A DNA stretch of 64,000 nt from Bugula neritina (lineage: Eukaryota; Animalia; Bryozoa). Location of the stretch: the NCBI GenBank assembly GCA_964035545.1, contig OZ037767.1:8566581-8630580 (forward strand), in the 5' to 3' direction. Position numbers and translations under genes: made by a program. This document shows positions 27,101 through 38,600 of this stretch, one piece after another. The notes beneath the pieces are model-generated. The model was not told the origin of the DNA. It did no database searches and saw only the letters and a program-made list of their open reading frames with translations. Each line of letters starts with the position of its first letter. Positions within the stretch are counted from its first letter, which is position 1.

Positions 27101-28809
27101 TCTAATAACTTCTGGTGGAACCACAGTAGTATAATATCTCCCCCACACAGTGCAAACAATAAGCAGCAGCCAAAGGGTTAGCAAACAAACAAGATTATCA
27201 GTAACTGAAGGTCTTATATAATCAAAGCTGGCATTTATATAATGGTCATATTTTCAGATCGGAGTTGAGTTTGAATTTTCAACAGCATTACATTCAGACA
27301 GATTTGGTGAAATACTTGTGTGATTTTACTTTCTGTATACCATTAATAGAGGTCAGGGGATATGCTAAACATCTAACCACATTGGGACATGATAAACTGA
27401 CAGCTATTGAAACTATGCAGAGATTGAAATGTTTCTAAAATGGTAATTTTCTTGCTGGCGAAAGTTTGTGTATCCAATATGAATGTAGGGAAAGTTTAGC
27501 ACAACACTGCAAATCACATTTACCAAGAGGGTTTTATAGCATTGGGCATATAAATACACAATTCTTACACTGCTCAGCCAATCAGAGGACACCAAACAGT
27601 TTTGCAAAATGTCACCAGTTTTCTAGAAACTTATAATGAAAGCCCAAAATGGCCATTTTATGGAGCCTCCCAATGTGTACAGATTTTAAAATGTTTTAGT
27701 TTTAGCAAAAGTGGGTTAGAGAAAAGTTGAGTTCAAGCAATGAGATAAAACTACCATCAGAAAATGCAGGTCTAATGTGCAAACAGTTTCGAAGCAGATT
27801 TTCCTATTAATCTCCTTCGTGGGCATACTTTTTAGCAAAGTTGTCAGACTTAAAATTTAAACTATATGTAAGCAACACCAGCATAAAATTCAATTGAACA
27901 AAAAATTAGAGAATGAATAGTTTGTTCACTACTAGATGCACGGTCTATTATCTACATACAGTGGAAGTGAGTTATATAGTGCAGAATCCCTGACACACTT
28001 TATTTGTGCAGTATGAAAATACTTCTATATATCTCAGCTGAGCAGCTGTGATCTAGGGGTTAGAGCATTGGGTTTGCTTAGTAAACACAAAGTCATGGGT
28101 TCTAACTTGACAAAGACCATTGGTGATGTTAGGAAGAGCATCCAGTCATAATTGCTCCTGTGCTCCATCTGGACAAGTCCTCAGCCCGATCTAATAAAAA
28201 ACCTTTCCCTCAAGGGTTTCTCGCAGGGATAATGACTATAAACTTCCGTGAGTTTTTATATATCTTAGCCATCATCTACAAACTGTTTTAAAGTTATATG
28301 CTCAAAACATATATTGTTTTATAATACATTTTATGCAACCATGTATTGAATTGCTTTGGGGTTTCTGATCACTTGCTTATGACGTTTCCAGCTGGCTATG
28401 AAGTCAGTAGTATTATAAAACTAATAGTAATTATTACAAACTTTCCTTGCATGTTATTCTTAGCTGCTGCAATACACAGCTTTATCACTGGGCTGACTTG
28501 AAAGTTTAAACTGATCAGAAATCCCAAATCAATTTAATACAGGGCTGCATAAAATGCGTTATAAAACAAAATCATTCGAGCATGTAACCTAAAGCAGTCT
28601 GTAGATGATAGCTAAGATATATATATATAAGAATATTCTAATAGTGCATAAATGAAGTGAGTAAGGGATTCTTTAAGCCTGATGTTTACACACTCAAAAG
28701 CACTACATACCTCGTCCCATCTCATGACTTTTTCTCCATTCTGCAAGGCTGCTGGTACAGAGTTTGACTCCAACTTGAGCACATGGACCCCAGGCTTAGC
28801 ACTAGCCAT
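188..28809 (-). CDS. PLCB: Phosphoinositide phospholipase C beta (PLCB1/2/3-Plc21C type), 29 coding exons in window, 3' end beyond position 1
   Basis: Phase-consistent GT-AG exons: 28711-28809, 26046-26132, 22352-22417, 18787-18921, 18060-18196, 17477-17662, 16094-16281, 15528-15674, 13700-13943, 13491-13575, 13274-13364, 11881-11967, 11617-11742, 11207-11313, 10935-11012, 10647-10743, 9991-10148, 9395-9601, 8678-8842, 8204-8303, 7897-8001, 7354-7523, 6403-6574, 5596-5640, 4281-4364, 3250-3365, 1258-1452, 530-801, 188-245. N-terminus [13 protein letters not shown] resembles PLCB1 MAGAQPGVHALQL rather than PLCB4/norpA. Motifs: [12 protein letters not shown] (EF region); X-box [30 protein letters not shown]; Y-box [29 protein letters not shown]; C2 [12 protein letters not shown]; Gq-binding ALSNPI; coiled-coil CTD. 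Confidence 0.96.
330..500. mobile_element. Tc1/mariner/pogo-type MITE
   Basis: TIRs CAGTGCTCCCTCC(G/A)TAT and ATATGGAGGGAGCACTG; TA on the left, CA (possibly a mutated TA) on the right. Confidence 0.7.
949..1049. mobile_element. Hairpin MITE family A (TCTATAAGCAGCT termini), internally deleted copy
   Basis: Shares termini and right arm (ctattgcactcagtcaccccc) with the copies at 18960 and 24945. Confidence 0.7.
1549..1735 (-). mobile_element. Diverged tRNA-Thr SINE (related subfamily)
   Basis: Reverse complement begins GGAGCAGCAGTGATCTCGTAGTTAGAGTGCTGGTCTAGTAAGCACCAGGTCATGGGTTC and has CCACCAGGGGTTCTCACAGGGG near its 3' end, as in the other copies. Confidence 0.75.
3387..3590. repeat. ~16-bp minisatellite
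   Basis: Unit tacttacagtagagaa, degenerate. Confidence 0.85.
3764..4256. repeat. 20-bp minisatellite (~24 copies)
   Basis: Unit agtgagagtgcagatactac. Confidence 0.95.
5971..6219. repeat. 26-bp minisatellite (~9 copies)
   Basis: Unit gtaactatggtaacatgtgaatagta. Confidence 0.9.
6875..7180. mobile_element. MITE with ~45-bp imperfect TIRs
   Basis: gagtagagtg...gatatcggccatgtttgtttata pairs with tataaacaaacatggctgacatc...cactctactc. Confidence 0.6.
12645..12883. mobile_element. Foldback/MITE with ~75-bp TIRs
   Basis: gtcattttacttaatttagta...gctgctaatgtatat pairs with atatacattagcag...tactaaattaagtaaaatgac. Confidence 0.75.
13987..14190. repeat. Degenerate (TATAG)n microsatellite
   Basis: Pentamer periodicity; explains the Tyr/Ile-rich N-terminal extensions of ORFs 13672 and 13796. 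Confidence 0.8.
15301..15470. repeat. ~20-bp minisatellite
   Basis: Unit catgtagtgtatg(t/a)atag(c/t)ta. Confidence 0.8.
17672..17822. repeat. 24-bp minisatellite (~6 copies) next to PLCB exon 6 acceptor
   Basis: Unit caggtacttg(t/c)t(g/a)acta(t/c)acctg(a/g). Confidence 0.9.
18282..18489 (+). mobile_element. tRNA-Thr(AGT)-derived SINE
   Basis: A-box TGGTCTAGGGG, anticodon loop CT-AGT-AA, degenerate B-box, body GGTGATGTTAGGAAGAGCATC. 18-bp TSD tatctgaata(t/c)acaatta at 18264-18281 and 18490-18507. Confidence 0.88.
18960..19117. mobile_element. Hairpin MITE family A
   Basis: Nearly full-length imperfect palindrome TCTATAAGCAG...CTGCTTATAGA. Confidence 0.8.
22428..22715. repeat. 32-bp minisatellite (~8-9 copies)
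   Basis: Unit gttatattaacacattaccataatatatgaaa. Confidence 0.9.
23487..23682. repeat. 26-bp purine-rich minisatellite (~7.5 copies)
   Basis: Unit gatgagaatggacataggagtggaga. Confidence 0.95.
24945..25089. mobile_element. Hairpin MITE family A
   Basis: Palindrome TCTATAAGCAGCTCCGAGCTGGGGGTGACTG ... CAGTCACCCCCAACTCAGAGCTGCTTATAGA. Confidence 0.82.
25201..25391. repeat. 15-bp minisatellite (~12.5 copies)
   Basis: Unit tatatggtgggacat. Confidence 0.95.
26768..26882. repeat. 33-bp tandem repeat (~3.5 copies)
   Basis: Unit acacagctacagcacactgtggtagtatgactt. Confidence 0.85.
28040..28256 (+). mobile_element. tRNA-Thr(AGT)-derived SINE, same family
   Basis: Colinear with the 18282 copy; TSD tatatatct(c/t)agc at 28026-28038 and 28257-28269. 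Confidence 0.88.
28259..28620. mobile_element. MITE with ~110-bp TIRs in PLCB intron 1; a related single arm lies at ~44241-44310
   Basis: atatcttagccatcatctacaaactg...gtttctgatca pairs with tgatcagaaat...cagtctgtagatgatagctaagatat; TA-rich flanks. Confidence 0.78.
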
Positions 28810-28890
28810 CTCGACGGGCAGGTCGGGTGGCTTCCACTAATACCTTCATTATACAGCAGTGCTTAGTGTTAATAATATATAGCATGGTAT

Positions 28891-29176
28891 GTAACCTACA
28901 CAGAGTACAGTAGAGTATACAGAGTAATCTACGCAGAGTACAGTAGAGTATACAGAGTAACCTACGCAGAGTACAGTAGAGTATACAGAGTAACCTACGC
29001 AGAGTACAGTAGAGTATACAGAGTAACCTACACAGAGTACAGTAGAGTATACAGAGTAACCTACACAGAGTACAGCAGAGTATACAGAGTAACCTACAGA
29101 GAGTACAGTAGAGTATACAGAATTACCTACACAGAGTACAGTAGAGTATACAGAGTAACCTACACAGAGTACAGTA
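28891..29176. repeat. 33-bp minisatellite (~8.7 copies) upstream of PLCB start exon
   Basis: Unit gtaacctacacagagtacagtagagtatacaga. Confidence 0.95.
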
Positions 29177-32100
29177 AACTTTAATTTATACCTAGTCCAA
29201 GTGTAACTAACTATAACAGCCCACCTAAAGGTAATACTCTTCAGGTAATTAAAACACTAATACTTGCAAAGTAAACATAATGAGATTATGGTGATGATGA
29301 TTCATATCAAACTCAAGTGTTTACTAGTATAATGTAAAATATGGCTGTAAATAACAGAAATAGTCAGTGCTAAGGTATTCACAGGTGCTTTCAATATGCA
29401 TAGTTCTGTTAGAGATAGATTTTAATATTGTCATGCAAGCAAAAGCAATAACTAACATTGTTTTTCATTAACCTTAGAACTGATACCTAAATATTCAGTA
29501 TAGGTAGAGTGAACACTTTACAAAACTGAAACAATACAGCTACCCTTTACGTATTGTAATGACTATATTATATTTCATCTTGTCAGCATTTATAGACTAC
29601 CAGGTATTAAGTTAGCTGACAGAATATAGCTAAATGTAATTTGATGCTTTGAAGCTGCTCTTCTCATACACAGGCAAATATTTGAAAACCTAATGCTAGT
29701 TCCCATTTAATCCCAAGTCATAAATCATAATGATGGTTTTAAAGTCTGTTAGGTTAGTTATTTTTCAACCCAACTAAGTCATGCTTCTAGGATTAGCTGT
29801 GTGCCATTTGCAGACATATACTTCCCAGTGGGCTCCTCCATTCGACTATATAAGGCCAGGAATCAAACACTAATTGGGACCAAGTTTGTGTTCTTTACTT
29901 CAAGAACGGGTAGGAATCACAATGTGTAGGTTGGCAATGCATACACATTCCACATAGAATAAAATGTTTAAAGAGGTTGAGGAGATGGTTTACTTGAAGA
30001 TGTGCATGAAAAACATTGCTTTTACTAAAGTATATAGTCACTGAAGAACAACCAGTAAAACATTATGAACTGCATACATAAGGCTCAGCCATAATGTGCT
30101 TTATAAAACACCGCAATGGAATCTTGTTTCAACATAGGCAGTAGCTGTGACTATGGATTTATGTTGACAATGCAAAAGAAAGCAGCAACTAAATTCTATA
30201 TATTCAACTTATATTTAAAAAAAAAACATTTTTTGTTGCAAAGTTTAGTTTTTTCAACAGGCCTAAGGGTTACTGCAAACAAATATAAGTAGTTTACTAT
30301 ACACTTCAGAGTTATATTTGAAATCTTTCTGTAACTGTTTCAGCTATGCTTAGTCTTAACAATGCTATTAATAGCTAAATGGTTACTAAATTTTCACTAT
30401 AAACATGAGCTAGTTCTTAAATATTGAATGTTAATTATAAATAACAGACTTATTGCTCAAGACTCACATACCATTAGTATTGGCACATCACATTCAGTAT
30501 CGTTCACTTTCACTAGCTTATTCATATTGAAATTAAATAACACAATTTAATTGCACTCTAAGTACTCAAGAAGAGCAGTGAAAATAAAGCTTATACTTAT
30601 AGTTATATAATTTTTGAAAAACAATGATTTTCAATATGGAGTTGAATATATAAGTCTGATTTCTTTATAGTTTATTTTCAAACAAAAAAGTGGCATTATA
30701 CTCGTAGGTCATTACCATTGCGATTGTAGACAGGAGTTATGCAAACTACCATGGAAATAAAATAAATCACCAAATCAAAATAGCAATTAAGCTCAAGTTT
30801 GACTTGAAGTCTAACTCTTAGTTTACCTTTTTGAAATGAGTTGCATGGGTTGACTTTAAACTTAAGTTTAACACATCTACTTTGGTGATTACTTAAAATA
30901 AATAAGCAGTGCTAATACTAATAGTAATAGTAATACTAATAGTAATACTAATAGCCATAAATGATAAAAATGTAGATTAATAAAAAAAGTACTGCATACT
31001 GATACAGAATAGACACAGACAGTATGAGTATCACTATTAGTATGACTATGAGTAACTTCAATCCGCTAATACTTCACCTTTATCTTAGAGTTCTAGTTAT
31101 ACTAATAGTAATAATATTGAAATTCAAAACCCTCACCCTGAAACTTGAGAGTGAAACATGAACTCAAAATCACTTTAAAAATGAAAATGCAACATAATTA
31201 CATTCATATTGGTGATTTTAATCATAATTTATAAACTAATAGTAATTTATAAAACAGTAATTGTAAAACATTTAAACTAAAAGTAAAAGTTGAAGTAAAT
31301 TAAAATTAAAATATTTATTTATTAAATAGTAAAACTAAACTAATATCAATTATCAATTATACAATATGAATATCAATATACGTTGAGTTTTACAAACTAT
31401 ATGTTTATCTCTTTAACTTACAACTAGCTGACTTAGTAGTTCATTGGTAACATTATTTTTCACTCTTTCACTTTCAGGCCAAGTTGAAGTTTATGGACAT
31501 GTAGTTGTTCATCAAGATGTAGAGTTGCAAGTAAAGTTTACTATTCAGCACACTGGAATGTAGCCTTCACACCTTTCTCAAGCTATCGGTGCTATATACG
31601 AGGGGACCGTGCTAAAAGCCACCAACAGAACCTTGCACTCTTGACCTCATGTTCTAAATAAAAAGAACAAGGACATAACTCCTAATACACTCAATTATAT
31701 GTATTTACATGTAAAGACAACTTCCATAAAACTGCTTAATTGCAGTCAAAGTTGTCCATGATGATAATTGCAAGTATTGTAATGCTCCTGACCTTACAAT
31801 TTGTAACTTCCTTGCAAGATTTCAGCTATATATGTTATCACTGGACATAAAGGCCCCGTGTGTTAAAGAATAATATCATAGTTTGTATAAACTATTATTC
31901 ATTGTGTATTATATACAAGAGCATACAATTATGATGAATTGTCATAAATATGATACAGTTTTATAGGTTACAAAACACAAAAATTCGTCAATATTAAAGC
32001 TTGCATCACCCTAATAAAAGTTTTGAAATAGAGTTATTGGCAGCCACATTCATTCTGATAGCAAGTAGCTGACAGCAACTCTTTCACACAACTGCTTTGA

Positions 32101-34756
32101 ATAAAGTGCTTGAAAATAGCATTTATATTTCATTTGACCACTTTAAATTCTATGCACCACTCATCACACAAAACAAGCAATTATAAGTATGTAATGTATA
32201 TATATTGCTCATTAATTTAGCCAGTTGCATCATATTAATTACTAAATATTACTGATAATTTGCTATATATCAATGTTACATTCAACATAGTATAATTCCA
32301 GTTACTAAAAGGTAACAACAGACTTTGATCACACATTTTTTTAATTTCTTTTGTTCCCAATTATAAATTAATAAGATATGTGTATAATATTTGGATGAGA
32401 TATATAGACAATAACAGAAGTATATTGCTAACATTATTATGTAAATTAAACATAATATGCAACAGCTGCATGAGTTTGTTACATAATATTAGCATTTTCC
32501 TACTTTAGTTAGATAAAGCATTTCAATTTATTATTATAGAGCAATATTTTTCAATGCAACCTAAAAGTATTTAATTGTTCATATTTAATAGCGGTTGCAA
32601 TTGTTCAAGATGGAGGTATAAAGCTCTCATTTGACTGGACAGAAAGAACTGGTGATGCAGTGCCAAAAAAGTTTAGTTAGGCATTTCTAGAAGCTTCAAT
32701 TTTCTCCTAATTTAATTCCAGCATTCCTCATAGTAATACTCTCAAGTAGCCTTCAACCGAATAGGTTTTCTCTAGTGTTTATATCTTGAGAAATTTGTTT
32801 TAACTATGAGGTGTTTTTCTAATTTGTGTAATATACTGTAGACTAAAACACAGCATTCACAGTTCAGCTTTATTTACAGTTTAATATGAAGGGAAGTTAT
32901 ATAATAGCTGAGAGCTTTAATAGCGTATAAAAAAAGTTTGAGATGGGTAGAACAAAATTATTCATTAAAAACACAAGGGACTAGAACTGTTTTTACTCTA
33001 GTTACTTTAAAGCTTAACATAATAATATTGTAAAAAAACTGTGATAATTAATTATAATCATTATGCTTTAATAATAATTATTCCGGAACAATTCGATTTT
33101 GTTTCTGTTTTGAAATAACAAATTAATAAAAATTAATAATGACTTGCAAGTATGCCAAAAATATGAATTGTTGTTGAGCACAGCTACTACAGTTTTATTT
33201 ATTTGTGAGGAATGTTACTTATATCAGAGCTGAAAGGTGCTTGCTATGAGGATATTGCTCTTTCGTGTCAATTATTCGTACAGATGGAATCCCAAGAGGT
33301 ACTGTGATTAGAATTCTTGTCAGCCCGTCATAAAAACTTATCTATTTAAGCATACAAAGTTGCTGAATATATCTTGAGATTTGGGTACAGAAAATGCAAG
33401 TTTTAAGAGATACAATCTTTCAAATATGCAATTGCTTCTTTTCAATCTTGTGAGATTGGGATGAAGGAATGAATATTATACTAAGCACAGTTTTAGCTGC
33501 AATCTCTTTGCATTTCATATATCATCACAAAGTCCTTTAGAAAAAATTATGAATGTTGAGCTACAGGCTATAAAACAAACTTTCTTTAACACATGAACCA
33601 TAATGTATTGTACTTTGGAACATACCTAACACCTGTGCTAGAAAAAATATATGCTGTGACATGTATTCCTACACAGATATTTTGTTGTGACAATTTGCAC
33701 AATGTTGATAACTATTGGGAAGTAATAGAACACGTAGCAGGGCTTACTTTACATTAGACAGGTGAATTATATGCAACACAGGGTAGAAAATCGACACTAT
33801 TTTGTTTTTAATCGCTGCAACCTGCACATTCTTGCATTTTAAGTACAAGTTTTATTTTGACTGACTAAAGTATATAAAACTAGGCAATATGTGAAATTTT
33901 ACACAGTTTGTATCAGAGGTCTGTTTGCACGTGTACTATTATAAAGTAACTTGACTATTTAGCAAAAACATGAAAATGAACATGACACAGGTGAGTTTAG
34001 TGAAATTCCATAGTTACTTGCAAATTAATACAGTACAGTAATATAATTTGCTAATATTCCACAATATAGTATTTTATCGTTACAATTTTACATGAGTCAA
34101 TATTTAGTATTTTTCTTAGTACTTTTCATAAATAACTATTCTGTAGGCTTAAGCTCTGAATCATGAGAACATGTGCTTGAGTTGAATTATTTTCTAATTT
34201 TCCAATATGAGTCATTAGCTGGTATAATATTATGATGAAGAGTAAATTAATGCATTATTATGTGTGCCCTACATTGATAGTTGGATTCGTTTGACACATC
34301 ATCAAACCCAACACCTTATTTTAAATCTATAGAATATTAAGTTACTTAGTCAAATAATTTCTGTTTTAAACAGAAAATACAAGTTTGATAAGACAAACAA
34401 TAAGAATTTTGTTTGAATTTCGGTTCATGAGTCAAAGTTAGACCTGAGAGATGTCGAGAGTTTAACTAAACTAGGGAGGCTTTGTATGGCTGACAGCATT
34501 TGGAAAATAAATTTATAGCTGAATACAATATACAAAGTATAATAGTTGTGAAGAGCATATTTACTGCTAACACATAAATTTGACAATTAATATCAATTGT
34601 ATTGCTAGAATTTCGAGTTTTTAAAAAAATTATTTGAAATTAACACATCATGAGTTTATGATCTTTATAGAAATAAATCAGCTTCTGCTTTTTTAAAAAG
34701 CTGATATATTTTTAACTTGAGTGAAAATTTCATATTGAATATGCTTATACTTTTAG

Positions 34757-35092
34757 ATCGCAGTTATTGGTGTTTTAATGCTGATGCTAACATCTACAGC
34801 TTCCTCCCAAAGTAGTAGCATTCCACATGGTTGCATCAGGTATGGAGGCATGCTGTTGCCCAAAAAGTCTAGAGGGGTTACATTTTACCTACGGTGCACG
34901 TGCATAGTTGGGTGCCTGTCGTGCGAGAACACATACAGAGGATATGACACGTTCAGGTGTTACCAGGAATGCCAGCAGACAGGTGCTAGCTTTGTGGATA
35001 GAGCGCCGTACAGATGTGACACGGGATGGACTACATCCAACACCAGAAGCAAAAGACGCATAACGAAAGTGACTTCTAGTGTATTGCACTGA
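34757..35092 (+). CDS. Small secreted cysteine-rich peptide precursor, eclosion-hormone-like (main coding exon)
   Basis: Acceptor ttttag at 34751-34756 opens IAVIGVLMLMLTSTASS (signal-like), then QSSSIPHGC with 8 Cys. Core CIVGCLSCENTYRGYDTFRCYQECQQTGASFVDRAPYRC has spacing C-x3-C-x2-C-x11-C-x3-C-x14-C. Furin-like RSKRR follows; stop at 35090-35092. The exon is GC-richer than its flanks. Candidate phase-0 start micro-exons: 32610-32615 (ME) or 33284-33298 (MESQE); an in-exon ATG lies at 34778. Confidence 0.7.
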   Translation: MAVIGVLMLMLTSTASSQSSSIPHGCIRYGGMLLPKKSRGVTFYLRCTCIVGCLSCENTYRGYDTFRCYQECQQTGASFVDRAPYRCDTGWTTSNTRSKRRITKVTSSVLH

Positions 35093-35652
35093 TCTTTATC
35101 ATATAGAACTGTTTAATATTGCATTGTACATTCATTTTATACAGTTGCTATTTGCTGTTTTATACTTATTATGAAGTTTATTGATTAGCCTTTGGTTGCA
35201 TTGCTGGTATAAAACTGTCACAAAATTACAATGTTTTTATCAGAAGTTTGTACATACATGCTTGAATATTCATTGTGGTTTCTTGTAGGAAGATAAAAAT
35301 ATAACAATTGGACATTTGCAGACCAAACTGAAGACTTTTATTTTAATCAATTAGTCATAAAAAACCCGCCATTGATGAAAATGAAATCAATATATTGAGT
35401 GCAATTACTATATACAAATTTTACATATTTCAATTCAACAAGACAAATATGTTTTGCAGTCCTCAGATATTACAAGGCATATGCTAAAATTGTGCTTTTA
35501 CGCACATATAAAATATCATTGATTAAATTTACAACTACTACTTGGTTAACTGAATACAACACACTTCATAGATAGTCAAAAGTTGGTTGGCAGTTGAAGG
35601 ACAATCTATGTTGGTATTCAGTTACGAAGCCTTCATTACTTACTCTCGTTTC

Positions 35653-38600
35653 CTACTCCTTAGCCTCAGGTTCTGACTCACTGCCAGAGGTGGAGCCGGA
35701 GTCGCTGCCTGACGCCGACCCGGAGTCAGATGCTGAGTCAGCACTGCTAGAACCATCTTTATCTTTCTTACCAACTTTACGTTTGGGCGACCTGCTACGA
35801 GATTTGCTGGCTGAGTTAGCGCTTCTACCCTGTCTTGCACTTTTTCCCTCTTCTTGTGTATTTGAGTGAACTTTAGACTTACCTGAGCTCTCCTGTTGAG
35901 CTGGAGCTGAGGCTAAACTCTGCTGAGTTAGCTGCTGAGAAGTGCTAGACTCATTTAACTCATCATCGGAGACTGGGATTTCATCTCCTAACCCGTGACT
36001 TACCTGTTGAGACTGATTATCACCCTCACTACCCTCATCTCCTTTACCCTCCTCTAACACTTCATGTTTCACTACCACCGCCTCTTCTCTCTTCACTTTG
36101 ATAGCCTGTGTCTCCTTGGGAACTTCTTGCTGCTCAGAAGGTTCGGCGACGCTCACCTCTCCTTCCTCAATCTCATCATTTGAGTCCTCAGAATCAGATC
36201 CCGAGTGATCAGATTTGTCGGCAGGCGTTTCCGTCTGTTCGGCATTTCCTCTATCAATGTTGCTCCTCTGTCTATTTCTAAACGGCATGGACATAATACG
36301 GTCTATTTCCTCTTGCAGCTTCTTTCTACGTTCCTTCACCAGCGCTGCAACACAATTCATCTTAGTGAACAATTAATACACAGCATAAGGCTATAGGTTC
36401 TACTGCTATATTGCAAGGTTCTTTTTAGAATACCAGACATTGTAAGCGAGTTGTAACACATCCCATCTGACATCTCAGCCCAAACAACTACGTTATTTTT
36501 GACTATTTTCAGCTCAGATCAAAACAAGCTGACATTACTTGAGCAGACACACATAGTGAACCCACACGTAGCCAATACTACTTCCCAGTCTATATAACTC
36601 TCTATTTCAATTTAGCTATTGCTCTTTTAAAACTATTAATAATATTCAACTATAAACTGCAGAAGTGATGACGAACCCTAGACTATTTGAGAAATCGCAG
36701 AGTTTAAGGGGGAAGAGGTTACACCCCTTCATTTATCAGACAAATTGCCCTGAAATATATACAACTAACTTCTATTGTGTTCTAGTTGGAAGCTAGATTT
36801 GTAACGAATTTATGTAACTAAAAATTGAGCCAGCTATCGCCATTGAATATTTGATTACATTTATTAGATAGTACGTAGGGTTGAATTAGTTGGACAAACA
36901 CTTTCAATCACATTCAACTTAAAACACACAGTTTATGATCAGAAGCAAAGTGTAGCCAGTAAAAGACCCATTCTGATCGCAGGTGATACTGCACGCAGGT
37001 AATACTGATACACTATTTAAACTAACCCTCAATGTAATCCTCAGTGTCTTCTAGCGCTCTCTCATTGGCCGGAAGCATTCTCTTGGGCATGTAGTAGATT
37101 TGATGCTTTCCTTTAGTTGTTCTGATAAAGTTGGCCTGATCTCTGATCACTTTCTCCCATTCTTCAAACTGTAACAATATTTCCTGTTTGATTAGATGCG
37201 CAGTTCATGAGTTCTACTGTATCAAGCATCACATTTTATAACTTTCGAGAACAATTATCAAAACATCAGATTATTACTACATCTTGTTTGAGAATTAAAA
37301 TAAAGGGAGAGATAGCTAGATGGACCCACCGCCCGCACAAGTTTCATTTTAGTTTCCAGCTGTCTCAACTCCCTCTGTTTTTCTCTCCGCTCAGTCCAAA
37401 GAGCTGCCTTTTCTCGCCGCAACTGAAACTGTTCATCTCGCTGCTTTTCTTCCAGTTTCTTCTCCACCTCAGCTCTGCGTTTCTCCTAAATATTAACCAA
37501 ACATCAAAGTTCAACTGAGAAGTATATACTCTGCAGTAGACATTTATAAACTGCTGATTCATTGTTGCAAACCAAGTGTTGATTAGAAAAAAAAGCATTA
37601 GAAAGTCATGAAATTCACCTGTTCTTTTAACCAGAAAACTAAATATTCTAAAGTATTGTATTAAAAACAGAAAGTTCAAATTTCAAGAATCAACAGCTAT
37701 ATTATATAGTCACATAAATAACAACAAAGGATGCTTACAATAAAAGCATTGCTGTCCGAAACAAACATTAAGATTTGCTAAAACAGAATGTGCATATTTT
37801 TCTCCAGTTGCATAAAACCAATTAAAAACGTTTCTAATAAAATCAATAGAGCTACAGCTGAATGGCAAAATCTAAACCGTTGTGACTAGCAGTTTGCGGG
37901 AAGGAGCATTCAACCAATATTAGCAAGTACTGTTAAAACCTACCCGGTCTTCATCTTTCTTTGTAGTCTTTTGAAAACTTTGTAGCGTACCCAGCAGAGC
38001 CCCAAACATCCGCCTATTCCTGCAACACGTCACAGAAAGTGTGAAGTAGACAAATATCCTGAACACGAACAGACAACTCTGAAAGGCATGTGTACTATTG
38101 ATATTTGAATCCAGCACTGCCAGTGAGATGAAAAAGATAACATAGAGGGAGTTGTAGCTTCAGAGTTGAAGGTAAGAAAATATATTAAAACTTAGGCATA
38201 GATAGAAGGATAAGTACAGATCAGATAAATTAAATTTTAAAATTCAAATAGAAGTAGATAGAGGGCATTGATCAAGTGGCCATGGTAAGAAATGGTGGAA
38301 ACTTGTTCTCAAATTTTTTGATTTACTCATAATTTGTAAGCATAGTTCAACCATTTGTGTTATGGCAGAACAAAATTGTTAAAAAGGGAAACTACTAATT
38401 GTAGAGGTGATCAACACATTTCAACAAGCCTGTTCACCTCTGTAACGCTATGTTGGGCAAATTAAGTTAGCCACAAGCATTATAATCATGCTGAAAAGAT
38501 GTCATTTTGAAAAGCTGACAAGCTTTTGCAAGTTGTTCTCTCACACTGGATCTGTTTTAGTGAGTTGTGGTCACATGGTCAAACCACTTGTAGAATATAT

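Noticed and set aside
29846-29915. TATA-like ctatataagg plus a downstream donor as promoter of the peptide gene
   Set aside because: Such motifs are common by chance in AT-rich DNA and nothing else supports it.
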